Positions 22,531-37,680 are shown, counted from the first letter of the whole stretch. The stretch is DNA of 63,672 nucleotides, filler included, from Octopus bimaculoides (GCF_001194135.2; 5 parts of 5 records of this genome joined end to end with filler, not necessarily neighbours in it), one strand, 5' to 3'. Program-made: numbers and translations. The notes: generated from the letters alone by a model not told the origin.

Positions 22531-23616
22531 TAGGAATAAATATACATATAGAAGTAAGTATACACTTGAGCCAATACATCACTTTGTTGGTGATATTTAT
22601 GGTTGAAACAAGCACAATGTATATTAATGAGTATACAACCATGTCTCGCATAAACAAATTAAAAAAATACGTATAAACATAATAGTACAGTACAAAAGAA
22701 ATAAACAAATTATTTAACCATCATTGACTAATATTGAGTATATTGACCGAAATATATGGATGCAAATTGTGTAACAAAGAACTATAGTAGAGGAAAGGAA
22801 CGTGTCAAAGATAATTGATAAACATACAATGGCAGGGTAATAAAGGAAAAATTAATAATGTAAACAGAAAATCGTATGTTTAAAGTCAATTTTTAAAAAG
22901 ACAGTCTTGATTAAGCAAGGAATATACTGTCGTAGTATATATAGGCAAGTAATAAGCTCCATGCTCATTTGCGTGGTATAAGATTACGTAACAGAATAAT
23001 CGATACGAGGGACATATTTGTGTTAAAAAATCATGGTAATAGAAAGTGATTCTTTCTGAGTATCGGTTAAGAATGGGTTCTTTTCCATTCCAAAACGTAC
23101 TTCATAATCCTTATGGTGTTGTGGCTCCATGGTCATTAGTTTCATGTGCATGATTTAGTTCTAGATAAAATGTTTTAATTTGAATTATTCTTCAGTTCCT
23201 AAAATTAAATGGACAGTAATGTAACATTACTTTTGGTTGAGTCCTGAATGCTGATTAAAGAATGAATTAAAGGGATAAACGTTGAAGTCCATGTATACTT
23301 TGAAGGAATTAACAGATTCCATATTGCATTGGCAAACGATGTTTTGTGCAAGTAGTTAGAACTATGATCGAAAATTCTAAATTTAGAATTAAAATTTTCA
23401 AGCGTAGAATAAGCACTAGTTTGGTTTATTTGGCCTCGATTACTTGAGATAGTAATTGAGGTAGAGTTAATTCTTGCATAATAACATGTTTTAATAGTAC
23501 ATTTAGTAAAACTTCTATTGATAAGTATGTTTTGAAAAGAAAGTTTTTTTTGATTAACGAAAAAGATATTTAGCCATAGTGGAAGCTATTGACAGGTCGA
23601 ATAGCAAATTAACATG

Positions 23617-23668
<52 letters not shown>

Positions 23669-23915
23669 TGCGTGCGCGCGTGCGTGTGCGTGTGCGTATG
23701 CGTGTATAAGCATGGGTATACATATTTATTAGATAGATAGATAGATAGATATATTCGCATACATAGAGAGGTAAACGCATGCATGTATACTTCTATATAT
23801 ATCTATATGCGTGTGTCTATGTGTGAGTGTGTAACGTGCGCAAACACGCACATATACACCTACATATATGTGTGTATTTAGTATATATATATATATGTGT
23901 GTGTGCGTGTGTGTT

Positions 23916-24011
<96 letters not shown>

Positions 24012-25984
24012 AATGAATATATACATATACATGCTTATATGTACATGTATGCATATGTATATATGTATATGTATGTATATGTGCATATATATATATAATG
24101 AGAGAGGAAGAGNNNNNNNNNNNNNNNNNNNNNNNNNNNNNNNNNNNNNNNNNNNNNNNNNNNNNNNNNNNNNNNNNNNNNNNNNNNNNNNNNNNNNNNN
24201 NNNNNNNNNNNNNNNNNNNNNNNNNNNNNNNNNNNNNNNNNNNNNNNNNNNNNNNNNNNNNNNNNNNNNNNNNNNNNNNNNNNNNNATACATACATACAT
24301 ATTCTCATTTTTTTTCATATATAATATAAATATAAATAAAGAATCAAAGTGCTCACTGTTTCAATGAACAGCTTGTATATAGCACCAGAGTTTAATATCT
24401 GAAATCAATGGTTGGATTCCGCTAATTCAGCTCAATTCAATCCAAACGTTTCTGCCAATCGCTAAAAAACATTTGTACTGCTGGAAACTAGATTTCTTTT
24501 TCAGACCAGTTTATTAGATTTTGTTTTCATCGTACTTATTCGTTTTCATAATTTAACCTTCTGTGGAGAGGGTTAATAATACCTTTTAAATTCCAGAAAA
24601 GTACTTTGAAAACGATTAACTCTTTGACTCTTTCACTCTTTGACTACGGTAGACTGTTCTTGCACACGAGATATTAAACGTCTTTTTATTCAATGCAAAA
24701 AGATGTAGTGAGAAGGTTTCAGAATATTTTGTTCAAATAAGACATAAAAATTGCGTGAAAGAGATTTCCTCTTACGAAATAGTTTAAGACATACATACAT
24801 ACATACATACATACATACATTTGTGTATATGTGTATATAATGTGTGTGTGTATGCGTGTGCATGCGTATGTATGTATGAGTGTATGTGTTTACTTAAATA
24901 CATGTCGGAAAATACAACTTATAGTTTCTAAAGGTAAATGGTTGATACAAGCTCGTCCATGCGTATACAATTTCTTTTATAATGATGTTAAATATCCATT
25001 TACAGGTTCCTACTCATACACATTCACTATCATGCACACATACACACACAGAAACAAATACAGACACACACACTCACACATACACACACACACCTATACA
25101 CATGCATACCTATACACACATTTGCAGAGACGCTTCCGCACAAATAAATATATAGAGACGGCAGGAATTTATCGTGTTATCCGATACTTATGTTCTCTTT
25201 CAGAGGAAACGAGCGAAACGAAATTTGAACGCTTTCATATAAAAAGTTTTCAATTTGGCCAATTATGTCTATCTTAATATGATATCACCAAAGAACTGTC
25301 ACTATTCTTCACATCCGACCATCTTTAATCCTACCCTCAAAATATTCCAGCTTATAAAAGTCATCTTTGAAATGAGCTTATTGGAAAAGTTCTACGTTTG
25401 CATGATCAGTGTTTGTACTGGTTGGGAAATGGCCTTCTCCAAGAACCAGAATCATTATAATCTATATATCCTTCTCTTCATTGGCGTTAAAGCGCAGCTA
25501 GTCGGTTTTTCTTCTTATTATTATTATTTATCCTTTTTTCTCTCTTTTTTTTCTTTTATTTGTGTTCTTTTCATTGGTTGGAGTTTCCCATCAATGAAAT
25601 ACTTAATATTCTACTTTCACCGATCAAGTGTAACGAACAATTATATTGGTGTGTTTCGCCGAATGTAAAGATAAATCTACTCTTTTAAATTAAAAAGATC
25701 CCAAAGTAAAGAAATTCCTGAACAGTTTACATTACTTATTACAAATCACATATATAGCTAACTTATTTGGTGAGGTGCTTCCACCATCAATACATAGAAG
25801 CTGCTTCTGCGGCTGTTGTTGTAGCTGTCACTCTCTGATGTTTAGGATGACATCATTTACAAAGGGGGAGATAATCTATATAAGTTTTATCGACTTTCAT
25901 CTATGAACAAAGTATGTGAAAGTTAATTATTTCATGGTGAGTCGATGAAAATGTGAGGGGGATCAGCATAGCTGTAAGGAGACG

Positions 25985-26006
25985 TGGAAGTAGGAAACAC
26001 ATCGTA

Positions 26007-26075
<69 letters not shown>

Positions 26076-26103
26076 GTGGTGATGATGATGATGATGATGA
26101 TAG

Positions 26104-26152
<49 letters not shown>

Positions 26153-26163
26153 TAATAATAATA

Positions 26164-26195
<32 letters not shown>

Positions 26196-26200
26196 GATAG

Positions 26201-26243
<43 letters not shown>

Positions 26244-26248
26244 TGATG

Positions 26249-26289
<41 letters not shown>

Positions 26290-26311
26290 GATGATGATGA
26301 TGATGATGATG

Positions 26312-26370
<59 letters not shown>
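25985..26370. repeat. Alternating (GAT)n and (TAA)n array
   Basis: Direct reading. Confidence 0.97.
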
Positions 26371-26371
<1 letters not shown>

Positions 26372-26372
<1 letters not shown>

Positions 26373-26476
26373 GTAAACATAAGAGCACCACAGCAAACCA
26401 CAGCACATACCCAAGGCGCACAGAGCTGCGCTCGGTAGTGAAGTGAAAGCACGTTATAAAAATAAAACTACTGAAC
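26372..26476 (+). mobile_element. Extremely 5'-truncated R4/Dong-like copy (stop codon plus 3' UTR only), embedded in (TAA)n
   Basis: 105 bp identical to the reverse complement of 63525-63629, where the same sequence follows the end of an RLE ORF (LLGTAHILRKTLSIQ*). Confidence 0.9.
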
Positions 26477-26593
26477 AATAATAATAATAATAACAATAAT
26501 AATGATAATGATAATAATAACAACAACAGCAACAATAATAATTCTTTCTATTATAGGCCCAAGGCCTGAAATTTTGGGCAGGTGGGTAGTCGA

Positions 26594-27900
<1,307 letters not shown>

Positions 27901-28244
27901 AAACCTCCAAACAAAATTAACAAACCGACTGTCTCATATGTTTGCTCCACCTTTCATTAAATTTGTTAGACAGTCGGTTCACTCTCTTAACCCTTATCTT
28001 CAAACCGAGCAAAGCTAGAAGTTAATGAGGACCTGTTCGGCATGGATCAGTCTTGCCCTCATCTTTAATAAACGCATTCGCCATCTTCACAAATATCCGT
28101 CAATTGTAAATAATGAAAATAATGTTATTGTCATTCTGCTGATATAGCTATTGTTTTTGTTGTTTATTTTCGGATATTTTTTGCTATATTTATTATGTTT
28201 TTAAATTCCTTATTGCCTTATTGTTTATTTCTTTATTCATCACA

Positions 28245-28395
28245 GGGAGCTAAATATAGAGGGGACAAACGAGGACAGACAAAGGGATTAAGTCGATTAC
28301 ATCGACCCCAGTGCGTAAATGGTACTTATTTAATCGACTCCGAAAGGATGAAAGGCAAAGTCGACCTCGGTGGAATTTGAACTCAGAACGTAACG
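28245..28395 (-). mobile_element. SINE family A, 5'-truncated
   Basis: Matches 15556-15789. Confidence 0.85.
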
Positions 28396-28564
28396 TGTAG
28401 TTGTGGACTTAGCTACTATTCCTTACTATCTTTGATTCTGTGATATTTTGGTCGTTTAAATTCTTCTCGTTGCTTTGAGTTGCATTTCCTGCGGTTGATG
28501 CTGTGCGTATCAATTTCGAAGATGATGTGGTGATGATGGTGATGATCTTTTGTCTTTTTAATCT

Positions 28565-29105
28565 TTTGTTTCAATCATTTGACTGAGACTATGCTGAAGC
28601 ACCACCTTAAAGGGCTTTAGTACAACAAATTGACCCCAGGGTTTATTCTTTGTAAGTCTAGTACTTATTCTATTAGTTCTTTGGCCGAACCACTAAGTTA
28701 CGGGGACGTAAAAACATCAGCACCGGTTATCAAGCGGTGGTGGGGAGATAAACACAGACATAAAGACTCACACACACACACACACATATACTCTTTAACT
28801 CTTTAACTTGTTTCAGTCATTTGACTACGGCCATGCTGGAGCACCGCCTTTAGTCGAGCAAATCGACCCCAGGACTTATTCTTTGTTAGCCTAGTACTTA
28901 TTCTATCGGTCACTTTTGCCGAACCGCTAAGTTATGGATGTTATGTATGTATTTGACAGGCTTCTTTCAGTTTCCGTCTACCAAATCCACTCACAAGGCA
29001 TTGATCGGCCCGAGGCTATAGTAAAAGATACTTGCCCAAGTTACCACGCAATGGGACTGAACCCGGAACCATATGATTGGGAAGCTAGCTTCTTACCACA
29101 AAGCC
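28565..29105 (-). mobile_element. SINE family B: an extra tail (28565-28780) plus a near-complete copy (28795-29105)
   Basis: Tail, CORE-like block and head are all visible in reverse orientation. Confidence 0.85.
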
Positions 29106-29449
29106 ACAATGATAATGACAGTGAGGACAACGAAGACGATGAAGACGACGATGATGATGATGGGGGTAGTAAAGACGATGATAGTTATAATCTCTGCGAT
29201 AGGTCGTCGTAAGTGGTAGTAATGGTGGTGATGACGGTGTTTACTGTAACAGCTGTTACAACCATTTTACGACAAGATAAACACAATGTCAAATGCTCCA
29301 CACTGATACAGTTTGCTTCGCTTTTTTTTTATTTTTTTTAGGAATATGGAAATGGTTTGGTTAGGAGAAATCTAAACTAAACAACAATAGTTATATAACT
29401 GCAACAGAGAACAGCAACAACAAGAATTAATAATCCATTCTACTAAACG

Positions 29450-29929
29450 GACAAGGCCTGGAATTTTGTAGGAGGGTACCGGTCGATAACATCGACTCCA
29501 GTGTTTTACTGGTACTTAGTTTATCGAACCCGAGAGGATGAAAGGCAAAGTCGATCTCGGCAGAAATTGAACTTAGAACGTAAAGGCGGACGAAATACCG
29601 CTAAGTATTTTGCACGGCGTGCTAACTATTCTGCCAGCTCGCCGCCTTAACAACAACAGTAATAATATTTATGATAATCCTTTCTACTATAGGCTCAAGA
29701 TCTGAATTGGGGGTGGGGGTAAGTTTATCACAACGACCCCAGTATTCAACTGGTACTTATTTTATCGACCCCGTAAAGGATGAAAGTCAAAGTCGACCTT
29801 GGTGGAATTTGAACTCAGAACGCGAAGACGGACGAAATACCGCTAAGCAAGCTGACGATTCAGAATCGTCCGGCAAGCTGACGATTCAGAATCGTCCGGC
29901 AAGCTGATGATTCTGCCAGCTCACCGCCT
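29450..29929 (-). mobile_element. Two tandem SINE family A copies (29450-29648, 29695-29929)
   Basis: Both end in CTGCCAGCTC(G/A)CCGCCTT. The second has an internal 26-bp duplication. Confidence 0.85.
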
Positions 29930-30322
29930 TAACAATAACGATAATAATGTTAATAATAATATTTTATTTATTTACCACACTAAGATCGAAGGCAGTACAG
30001 GAAATGTGAGAGTGTGTAAAGCATCTGCTTGAGCTTGAGTAGCACGCATTCAACATGATTCACCAAAAACCGAACTGAACTGTGGATTCGATGCCATGTT
30101 GCACCGCTGTAATCCGAGCGCATCCAACGATTTTCGTTCCATCAAGTCTTAAAATATGCGCCTTAGCATCGACAATACAACCTTCGTGCTTCGCATTGAA
30201 CAATTAGTCGAGAAGCAATTTCGCTGCAAGCGTGTCGGTCACAATAGCTTTCCTTAAACGCCTCTTCTAAGTCTCTAACCAGGGTTCCCTGTAATCTAGT
30301 TTTTTTCTATCGTTAGTCTCTT

Positions 30323-30705
30323 GCTGTTGGCACTCCGTCACTTACGACGTCGAGGGTCCAGTTGATCCGATCAACGGAACAGCCTGCTCGTGAAATTAAC
30401 GTGCATGTGGCTGAGCACTCCACAGACACGTGTACCCTTAACGTAGTTCTCGGGGATATTCAGCGTGTCACAGTGTGATAAGGCTGACCCTTTGAATTAC
30501 AGGCACAACAGAAACAGGAAGTAAGAGTGAGAGAAAGTTGTGGTGAAAGAATATAGCAGGGTTCGCCACCACCCCCTGCCGGAACCTCGTGGAGCTTTAG
30601 GTGTTTTCGCTCAATAAACACTCACAACGCCCGGTCTGGGAATCGAAACCGTGATCCTATGAGCGCGAGTCCACTGCCCTAACCACTGGGCCATTGCGTC
30701 TCCAC
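30323..30705 (-). mobile_element. SINE family D, full length (~380 bp, tRNA-derived)
   Basis: Minus-strand head GTGGAGACGCAATGGCCCAGTGGTTAGGGC (A box) and GGTTTCGATTCC (B box). The body is shared with 5345, 35625, 37080 and 43000. Confidence 0.9.
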
Positions 30706-31067
30706 AGTCTCTTACTAAAGCTAATGAATTCTGATCTAATCGGTCCTTTCAGAGAGAACTCTTATTTGTTGTTGACGATTGTTACCGTTAATCGGGCTTT
30801 ATGAATTTACTAATTCATTCTCGGTAAACTCTGCACGCGGGGAAAGGTGGGTCCAGTATTCAGTAAGGAGCTAGCTATCTATTCAGTGGTTCAAGAAAAC
30901 GGGGTTAGATTTGGAATCAGTCTGAGGTATAGCGTTTAATGTTTTTATTCCTTCATCCATTCTTTCCTTCTGTCATAAGTATATATCGCTTTGTCTGTAG
31001 TGTCCGTACTAGTATCGATAGTATGTGTTGTTGTTGTTGTTGTTTGTTCCTTCTTGAGCCATGCCTG

Positions 31068-31340
31068 ACTCATAAGGGCCGGTTTCCACGGTTTTATTGG
31101 CGTATAGGTTCCCCACCTAGACGAGACGCCGGTCCGTCGCAGGTGAGTTGCTAAATGCAGGAAGAAAGATTGAGAGAAAGTTGTGGAGAAAGAGTCAGCA
31201 AAGGTTCTCCATGACATTCTACCGGAGCCACTTGGAGCTTAGGTGTTTCGCTCATAAACACACATCACTCGGTCTGAGATTTGAACCCATGATCCCTTGA
31301 CTGCGAGTCCGCCTCTCTAAACACTTGGCCATGCGCTTCC
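31068..31340 (-). mobile_element. SINE with a family D-type head and a different 3' part
   Basis: Head and GGAGCTTAGGTGTTTCGCTCA block as in family D. The tail GGGCCGGTTTCC...CCCCACC resembles 3525-3600. Confidence 0.65.
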
Positions 31341-31545
31341 AAATCTATAGTATGTTAGGCTTCTTAATTTTTTTTTTGTGGAGCGGGTGGTTAGAAATAA
31401 GGTAAATTTTTTTCCGTGCTCCTTGTTTCCAAGTTTGGTTTGTATGCATCATTCTTTTTCAAATTTTACGTTGTTCTTCAACCTATCGCTCTTTCTCTAT
31501 TCATATTCTGTATAAAATATATTCACTTGTTCTGCCATTTACGTT

Positions 31546-31608
<63 letters not shown>

Positions 31609-31688
31609 NNNNNNNNNNNNNNNNNNNNNNNNNNNNNNNNNNNNNNNNNNNNTTAATTAATTAANNNNNNNNNNNNNNNNNNNNNNNN

Positions 31689-31945
31689 NNNNNNNNNNNN
31701 NNNNNNNNTTCCAAGTTTAGGAATCTTTCCAAGTTGTTGAAGATGACGATGAACAGTTGTATGGTTTGAACTACGCTTTATTGCCAATTCTTCAACTGAT
31801 AATGCAGCATTTTCTTCAAGTAATGCCTCACGGAGCTTATCATCAAACTCAACTGGACGTCCTGTTCGATCTTCATTTCCGAGGCTGAAATCTCCACTTC
31901 TGAATTTTGCAAACCATCTTCTGCAAGTTCTTTCATTCAAGCATT
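31689..31945 (-). mobile_element. Mariner transposase N-terminal (HTH) fragment, cut by a gap
   Basis: ERTCRRWFAKFRSGDFSL..EDRTGRP....D..L...LEEN...SVEELA....NHTTVHRHLQQLGK..KLG. Confidence 0.85.
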
Positions 31946-32874
31946 CTTATATACATACAGAGATATGTGAATTGATGGACAGACGAACGGACGGATTAAA
32001 TAGAGACATGCGTTGTTCAAACTTTCGCAAAGGAAATCAACACCAACATGGTAGAAAATATTTGTTGATAATTGGTCGTTGCATCCCTTCAGAAGAAGTG
32101 TCCATTTTATTGCATATATTCGAGCCTCGTTTCTCAAGAATAGAAATTTCCATTCCTCTCGCTCACCAGCCATTACGGCCCTAGAGAAGAATATAGTCAC
32201 CCTCCCTCCTTCACCTCTTAGGAAGCCAATAAAACAGCTTCAATTGTTACGTTCCATTGCTTTCTCATGAGTTGGAACTTAAAAAATTTTTGAAGAATAT
32301 TTTCGTATATACTTATGTAATTCGATATCATGTTATGCAATATATGTGTGTGTTCTTTCTTTATTTTATTCTTTCGCGGGATTCAAGCATTAGTCTGCGA
32401 AGTAGCTGAGGCATTGCCTTCAAAGAATTTAGTCTCTCATATCGACTACAGCATTCTTTTCATAGGCTTCTGTTATATAGAATATCTTAATTTTACACGT
32501 TTTTTTTTTTATTATTTTACGTGAAAGAAGCTAAACTGGCACAAAAGATTTTATCTGACATGTACAATCACACGTTCACACACGTGCAAAGTCACACACT
32601 AAAATTAGGGGAGACAGTATGTTTCCCTGATTCACACCCCTCCTGATCTTTAAAATGTTCAGTAAGAATTTCATCTGATGTGACCTAACACAAGGTCTCT
32701 TTCATGCACGTTTGGAATTATGTCAGTAGATATTTGATGTATGCCATATATTTCAATTATGTTCGGCAATACGTAGTCATGATATACAATCAAAAGGCTT
32801 CTGTAAATCAACAGAAGATAGGCTTAATGGCATTCTCATTTGCATTGAAGAGTTCGTAGAATATCGATAATAAA

Positions 32875-33126
32875 ATACTAGCTGATCTGGATTATGCCGA
32901 CAATCTGCTGGTGATTACAGGAACAAGAGAAGGAATGCAACAAATGCTGGATGGCTTAATAAGAGAGGGAAGCAAGGTTGTTCTGCTTACTAGCTGTTCA
33001 AAGACAGAAATGGATTTAAATTATGGACATCTATTCAATTCTAGTATAGAAGATATAATAAAAACCACTGGTTACTTCAAGTACATGGAAAATATGGTTC
33101 CAAGTTATGGGTCACTTAGTTTGTAG
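32875..33126 (+). mobile_element. RTE-type reverse transcriptase remnant
   Basis: LADLDYADNLLV...GMQQML..L..EGSKV.L....KTEM (YADD region) followed by an F.Y(LG)-like motif. Confidence 0.7.
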
Positions 33127-33429
33127 ATTCAGGAAAAATAGCTTTTTTGAAAAAGCAGAACAAATAGATATTTAATTTAAAAATTTTTTTAGTCTCAGCC
33201 AACCTGAAATCTGTTGTCATTCTGGAGCACTGCTACAGTCCTCCTGTAATTAGATTTTGATGAATGAAAGGTATTGATGCCACTACGTTCAGTCGCATTT
33301 CTTTCAAGGGTTCTTCTGAGATCTCTGATAGTAAAGGACCCGGATGCTTATTGACAAACATTTTCTTCTAACCCATTTCGGTTTTTAGAGTTCTTTGGCG
33401 TGATATTGCGAAAAGATAAGAAATATATT

Positions 33430-33784
33430 CTTTTACTTGTTTCATTCATTTAACTGTGGCCATGCTGAGGCACCGCTTTTAGTCGAGCAAATCGACCCCA
33501 GGACTTATTCTTTGTAAGCCTAGTACTTATCCTGTCGGTCTCTTTTGCCGAAAAATATATCTTTTATTTGATACAGTCATTGGACTGCGGCCATGCTAGG
33601 GCACCATGTCGAAGGATTCTTAGTCGATTGAATTGAACCCCGTACTTATTGTTTAAAGCCTGGTACTTATTTTATCGCTTTGTTTTGCCGAACCGCTACA
33701 TATAGGGATGTAAACACACCAACACCGATTATCAAGTGGTGGTGGGGACAAATAGACGCACACCACGCACGCACACACATTATA

Positions 33785-33829
<45 letters not shown>

Positions 33830-33965
33830 CGGGCTTCTTTCAGTTTCCGTCTACCAAAATCCCTCAGAAGGCTACTGTCGGTCCGTGGTTATAATGCAAG
33901 GCACCTACTCTAGGTTAGACTCTGTGGTTGGGAAGCAAGCCTCTTACCACACACCCACACATGTG
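33430..33965 (-). mobile_element. SINE family B, with a duplicated tail
   Basis: Two CAGTCAT..ACTG.GGCCATGCT starts (about 33440 and 33575), followed by a microsatellite and a degenerate head. Confidence 0.8.
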
Positions 33966-35561
33966 CCTGTATAGTGAATATTTGACTTGAAAATGTCATT
34001 TGCGTTTTTGTCACGCACGTCACACCCAGTAAACCAGAATTGTGACCACATATATTGTTGTCCAGCAAAGTCACAATTTTTTATTTATTTCAAGATCGAT
34101 ATTAATAAACACAAAGATGCTTTTTGCGTTGCTCTGGTGAAATTCAGAGGAATTAGCAGGTCCTTTTCTTTTTAAGTTTCTAATTTGTTAATTTAGAAGG
34201 GATTTGGCTGCTGTTTCAAGCATGTCTACTACCCGAGTTATATCTTTTTTTATAGATAAGATTCTCAGATGGCCTAAACGATTCGGTATTTTAGTACTAA
34301 CCACTGGTTTGTCCATTCATCTACTAACATCATTACAAATTAACTCTTTACCATCTGCCGATTTGGTTGACAGCAAATGATAGAGAGCAGACGTTCAAAT
34401 AAGGACAACACTAAAATTACCGAGTGTTTCGCTAGTTAGCTAGCGATGCTTAGACTGAGCGCTGCTGTGCTAATGAAACCACCATATATTCTCAGTACAT
34501 TCACTGTAAATCTTCAGTGAATTTCGATACGAATGAACAAAGTTTAAAGGAACTACTCTCGTTCTCTCTAATTTATTCTAGTTTTTGATATTCGTATGAT
34601 ACTTGTTATTTAATAGTCTTTACAATAACAATTACATGAACATTACAGAGAAAGCTCACCGGAAATAAATGTCATTATAACAGTAATTCAGTGCTTATTC
34701 AGTGTGGTACATTTCAGTCTTTTCACTGAACAGCAAAAATGTTGTGCATGATTGATCAAGAGACAAAAGTCTGTATACCGAAATAGAAAAGAATTAGTAA
34801 TAATGCGGAGAAAAAAAAAGATAATACAAATAAAATTACGACTGGTAATCGAATGGAAATGAGAGAATATTTTACATGAATCAGATAAGTTTCACCAGAT
34901 TCTGCGTTCAGTTCTTACATACAGACACGCTAAACACCATTAATCTTTTACTTCAAAACTCTACGTCTACATGAACATGTGTGTCTCCACCTGCCGATCA
35001 TTCGACCAGTACTTTGTCGCAACTGTCCTCCAAAAACACCCACATTGTAGAACTAAAACGCAATGTTCCTCCCTGCTTGATCCCTATCAAGCGTCAAGAT
35101 GGATTTCGGCTGGAGTTTGGCTTGTTTTTTTTTTTTTTTATATAATGTCCTTTCTTGACAGCAAATGGTATCATCCTTGGCTAATCAGAAATAATTGACT
35201 GAAAACATTTATTCAGGTATATACCTCCATATCTCATACAATTATCATAATGGTCGATATACCGCCAAGGTGATCTACATCTCCAGACTCAAAGCTTTGC
35301 TACTACAGTTCTGGTATAAGAGAAGGATTACAAACGCCTAGAGCAAATCAAACACCCCAGTAGATTAGGCACAAGCCAATAAGGACGACTCTGCTTCACG
35401 GCCTAAAACTGATTCACCTCCAAAATAGCAGCCGATTCAACTCGTCTCTAGTTAAATATATTCCCATTAATAAGGTCCTTGAAAAATCAACTTCCAAAAG
35501 TTCATGTTAGGTTCAACACAAAAAAAGGATAATTCATGTACGTGCATATAGACAGACAGAC

Positions 35562-35593
<32 letters not shown>

Positions 35594-35624
35594 GTGAGTA
35601 TGTCTGCATGTATATAAATCAAAG

Positions 35625-35945
35625 GAGCACTCCGTCGGTTACGACGAGGGGGGTTCCAGCTGATCCAATAAAATGGAACAGCCTGCTCGTGAAATTAACG
35701 TGCAAGTGGCTGAGCACTCCACAGGCACCAGTATCATTAACGTGGTTCGCACGGAGATTCAGCGTGACACAGAGTGTGACAAGGCTAGCCCTTTGAAATA
35801 CAGGTACTATTCATTTTTGCCAGCTGAGTGGACTTGAGCAACGTGAAATAAAGTGTCTTGCTCAAGGACACAATGCATTGCTGGGAATTGAACTCACGAC
35901 CTTACGATCGTGAGCCAAATGCCCTAACCACTAAGCCACGTTCCT
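35625..35945 (-). mobile_element. SINE, family D-related
   Basis: Family D tail plus head ...GGGAATTGAACTCACGACC...CCTAACCACTAAGCCACG. Confidence 0.8.
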
Positions 35946-35972
35946 TCACGCACGTAAATAGGCATGTATGTT

Positions 35973-36019
<47 letters not shown>

Positions 36020-36056
36020 GTATATGTATGTATGTATACATGTGTTTGAGAGAGAG

Positions 36057-36094
<38 letters not shown>

Positions 36095-37079
36095 GTATAT
36101 AAAGCACAGCAGTGTAAATAATCCAGAGGTGTAAAGAAAGAATTCAATACTTGGTGTGGTGTAGATTATATGTTTATTTAAGCTGATATTCCATACATGG
36201 CGACAATTACGCATATACGTAAAAGTGTGTGTCCGCATGCATCTGCATATATAAATACAAATATGTGCAAGTATGTGTGTGTGTGTGTATGTGTGTGTGT
36301 GTATGTGTGTGCTGTGTGTGTGTGTGTATGTGTGTGCTGTGTGTGTCGGTGTGCGAGAGCGTTCGTGCCAGCGCACAGCAATTCATTGCGTCTTTATCAC
36401 GAAATCTAATCGAATTGAACGACAAAATGAAATCCTTCACAGGAAGTACAGGAATAACAGTAAAGATTGCAACACGATACCTGTTGTCGTATCTCACACC
36501 TACATCATCATCTCTCTCTCTGTCGATTTCGTAGCACGATAGATTTATCCTGTATAATGCGCGCACACATAGCGGTATAGCGCGCAGATAGTTACTGCTA
36601 TACGAAAACACACGTTATCTGACTTCTCGCTTATATATTCTCTCTGTCTTTCTCTATCCATTTCTCAGTACCTCTTTCTCACACACAAATTCATTGAAAT
36701 GCACACATACATTCATATACACGGACATGCTGCTACTCGCTTCTGGTATATGGATAACTACCTTAACTCTCTTTCACTCTAACTCACCTATACTATCTCA
36801 AAATCACACATATACACACGCATACAATCCCACGCACACACACATACGTATGAATGCTCACACAGATATATACATGAATGTATGTATGTACATTGTTTAT
36901 AACAAAGAGAAGAACATTTTTTTTTTTAATTAAAAGTTAATACAATGTCTAAAATATATTTATATTTACTCGACTGATGCCTTACACTACGAAACGAGAT
37001 TTCACAACTACTTCAGCTATTAGGCAAGTGAATGTACGTACGTCTGCCTCTATATATGTAATACATATGTAGGAAGTAG

Positions 37080-37680
37080 AGGCACGTGGTTTAGTGGTTA
37101 GTGTATCCAGATCACTTCCGGAGCGTTTTGTTCTCAAAGTATACCAAGTTACTCCAGCCCACTCAGCTGGCAAAAATGAGTTGTACCTGTCGTTCTGTCA
37201 CGCTGAATATCCCTAAGAACTACGTTAAAGGTGTCTCTGGAGTGAGCAACCACTTGCTCGTTAATTTCAGGAGCAGGCTGTTCCGTTATACGAATCAACA
37301 AAAACACTCGTCGTCGTAACTGACGGAGTACCTGGTCAGTACATACTGGTGTATTCATATATATTTGTACGCATGTATGTTTATATACATCTATGGATGA
37401 ATCACTGCGGAAACACACATGTATGTGTTTGTGTATACGTATATACGTGAAGGTGCGTAGCCTAGTGGTCAGGCTGTTGCACTCACGATCGCTAGATTGT
37501 GGGTTCGCTTCCCCACGTTGCTCCAGTTGCCCTTTCAGTCACGTGGGGAGAATGTTGCTCTGCTCGTCTAGCCAGCGGGTTGCCATCATTCGAAGACTAA
37601 AACGACGCAAAGCGCATTGTGACCAACGATGCGTAACAACATCTGATAGTGCAGTCGGACACATGACCATGGTCACAAGT
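37080..37680 (+). mobile_element. Family D-related SINE (37080-37330) and a second tRNA-headed SINE (37450-37680)
   Basis: Heads GGCACGTGGTTTAGTGGTTAG and GGTGCGTAGCCTAGTGGTCAGG. The first ends in the family D tail. Confidence 0.7.

Noticed and set aside
23373-23390. 18-bp perfect palindrome AATTCTAAATTTAGAATT
   Set aside because: Short and almost all A/T, so plausible by chance in this composition.
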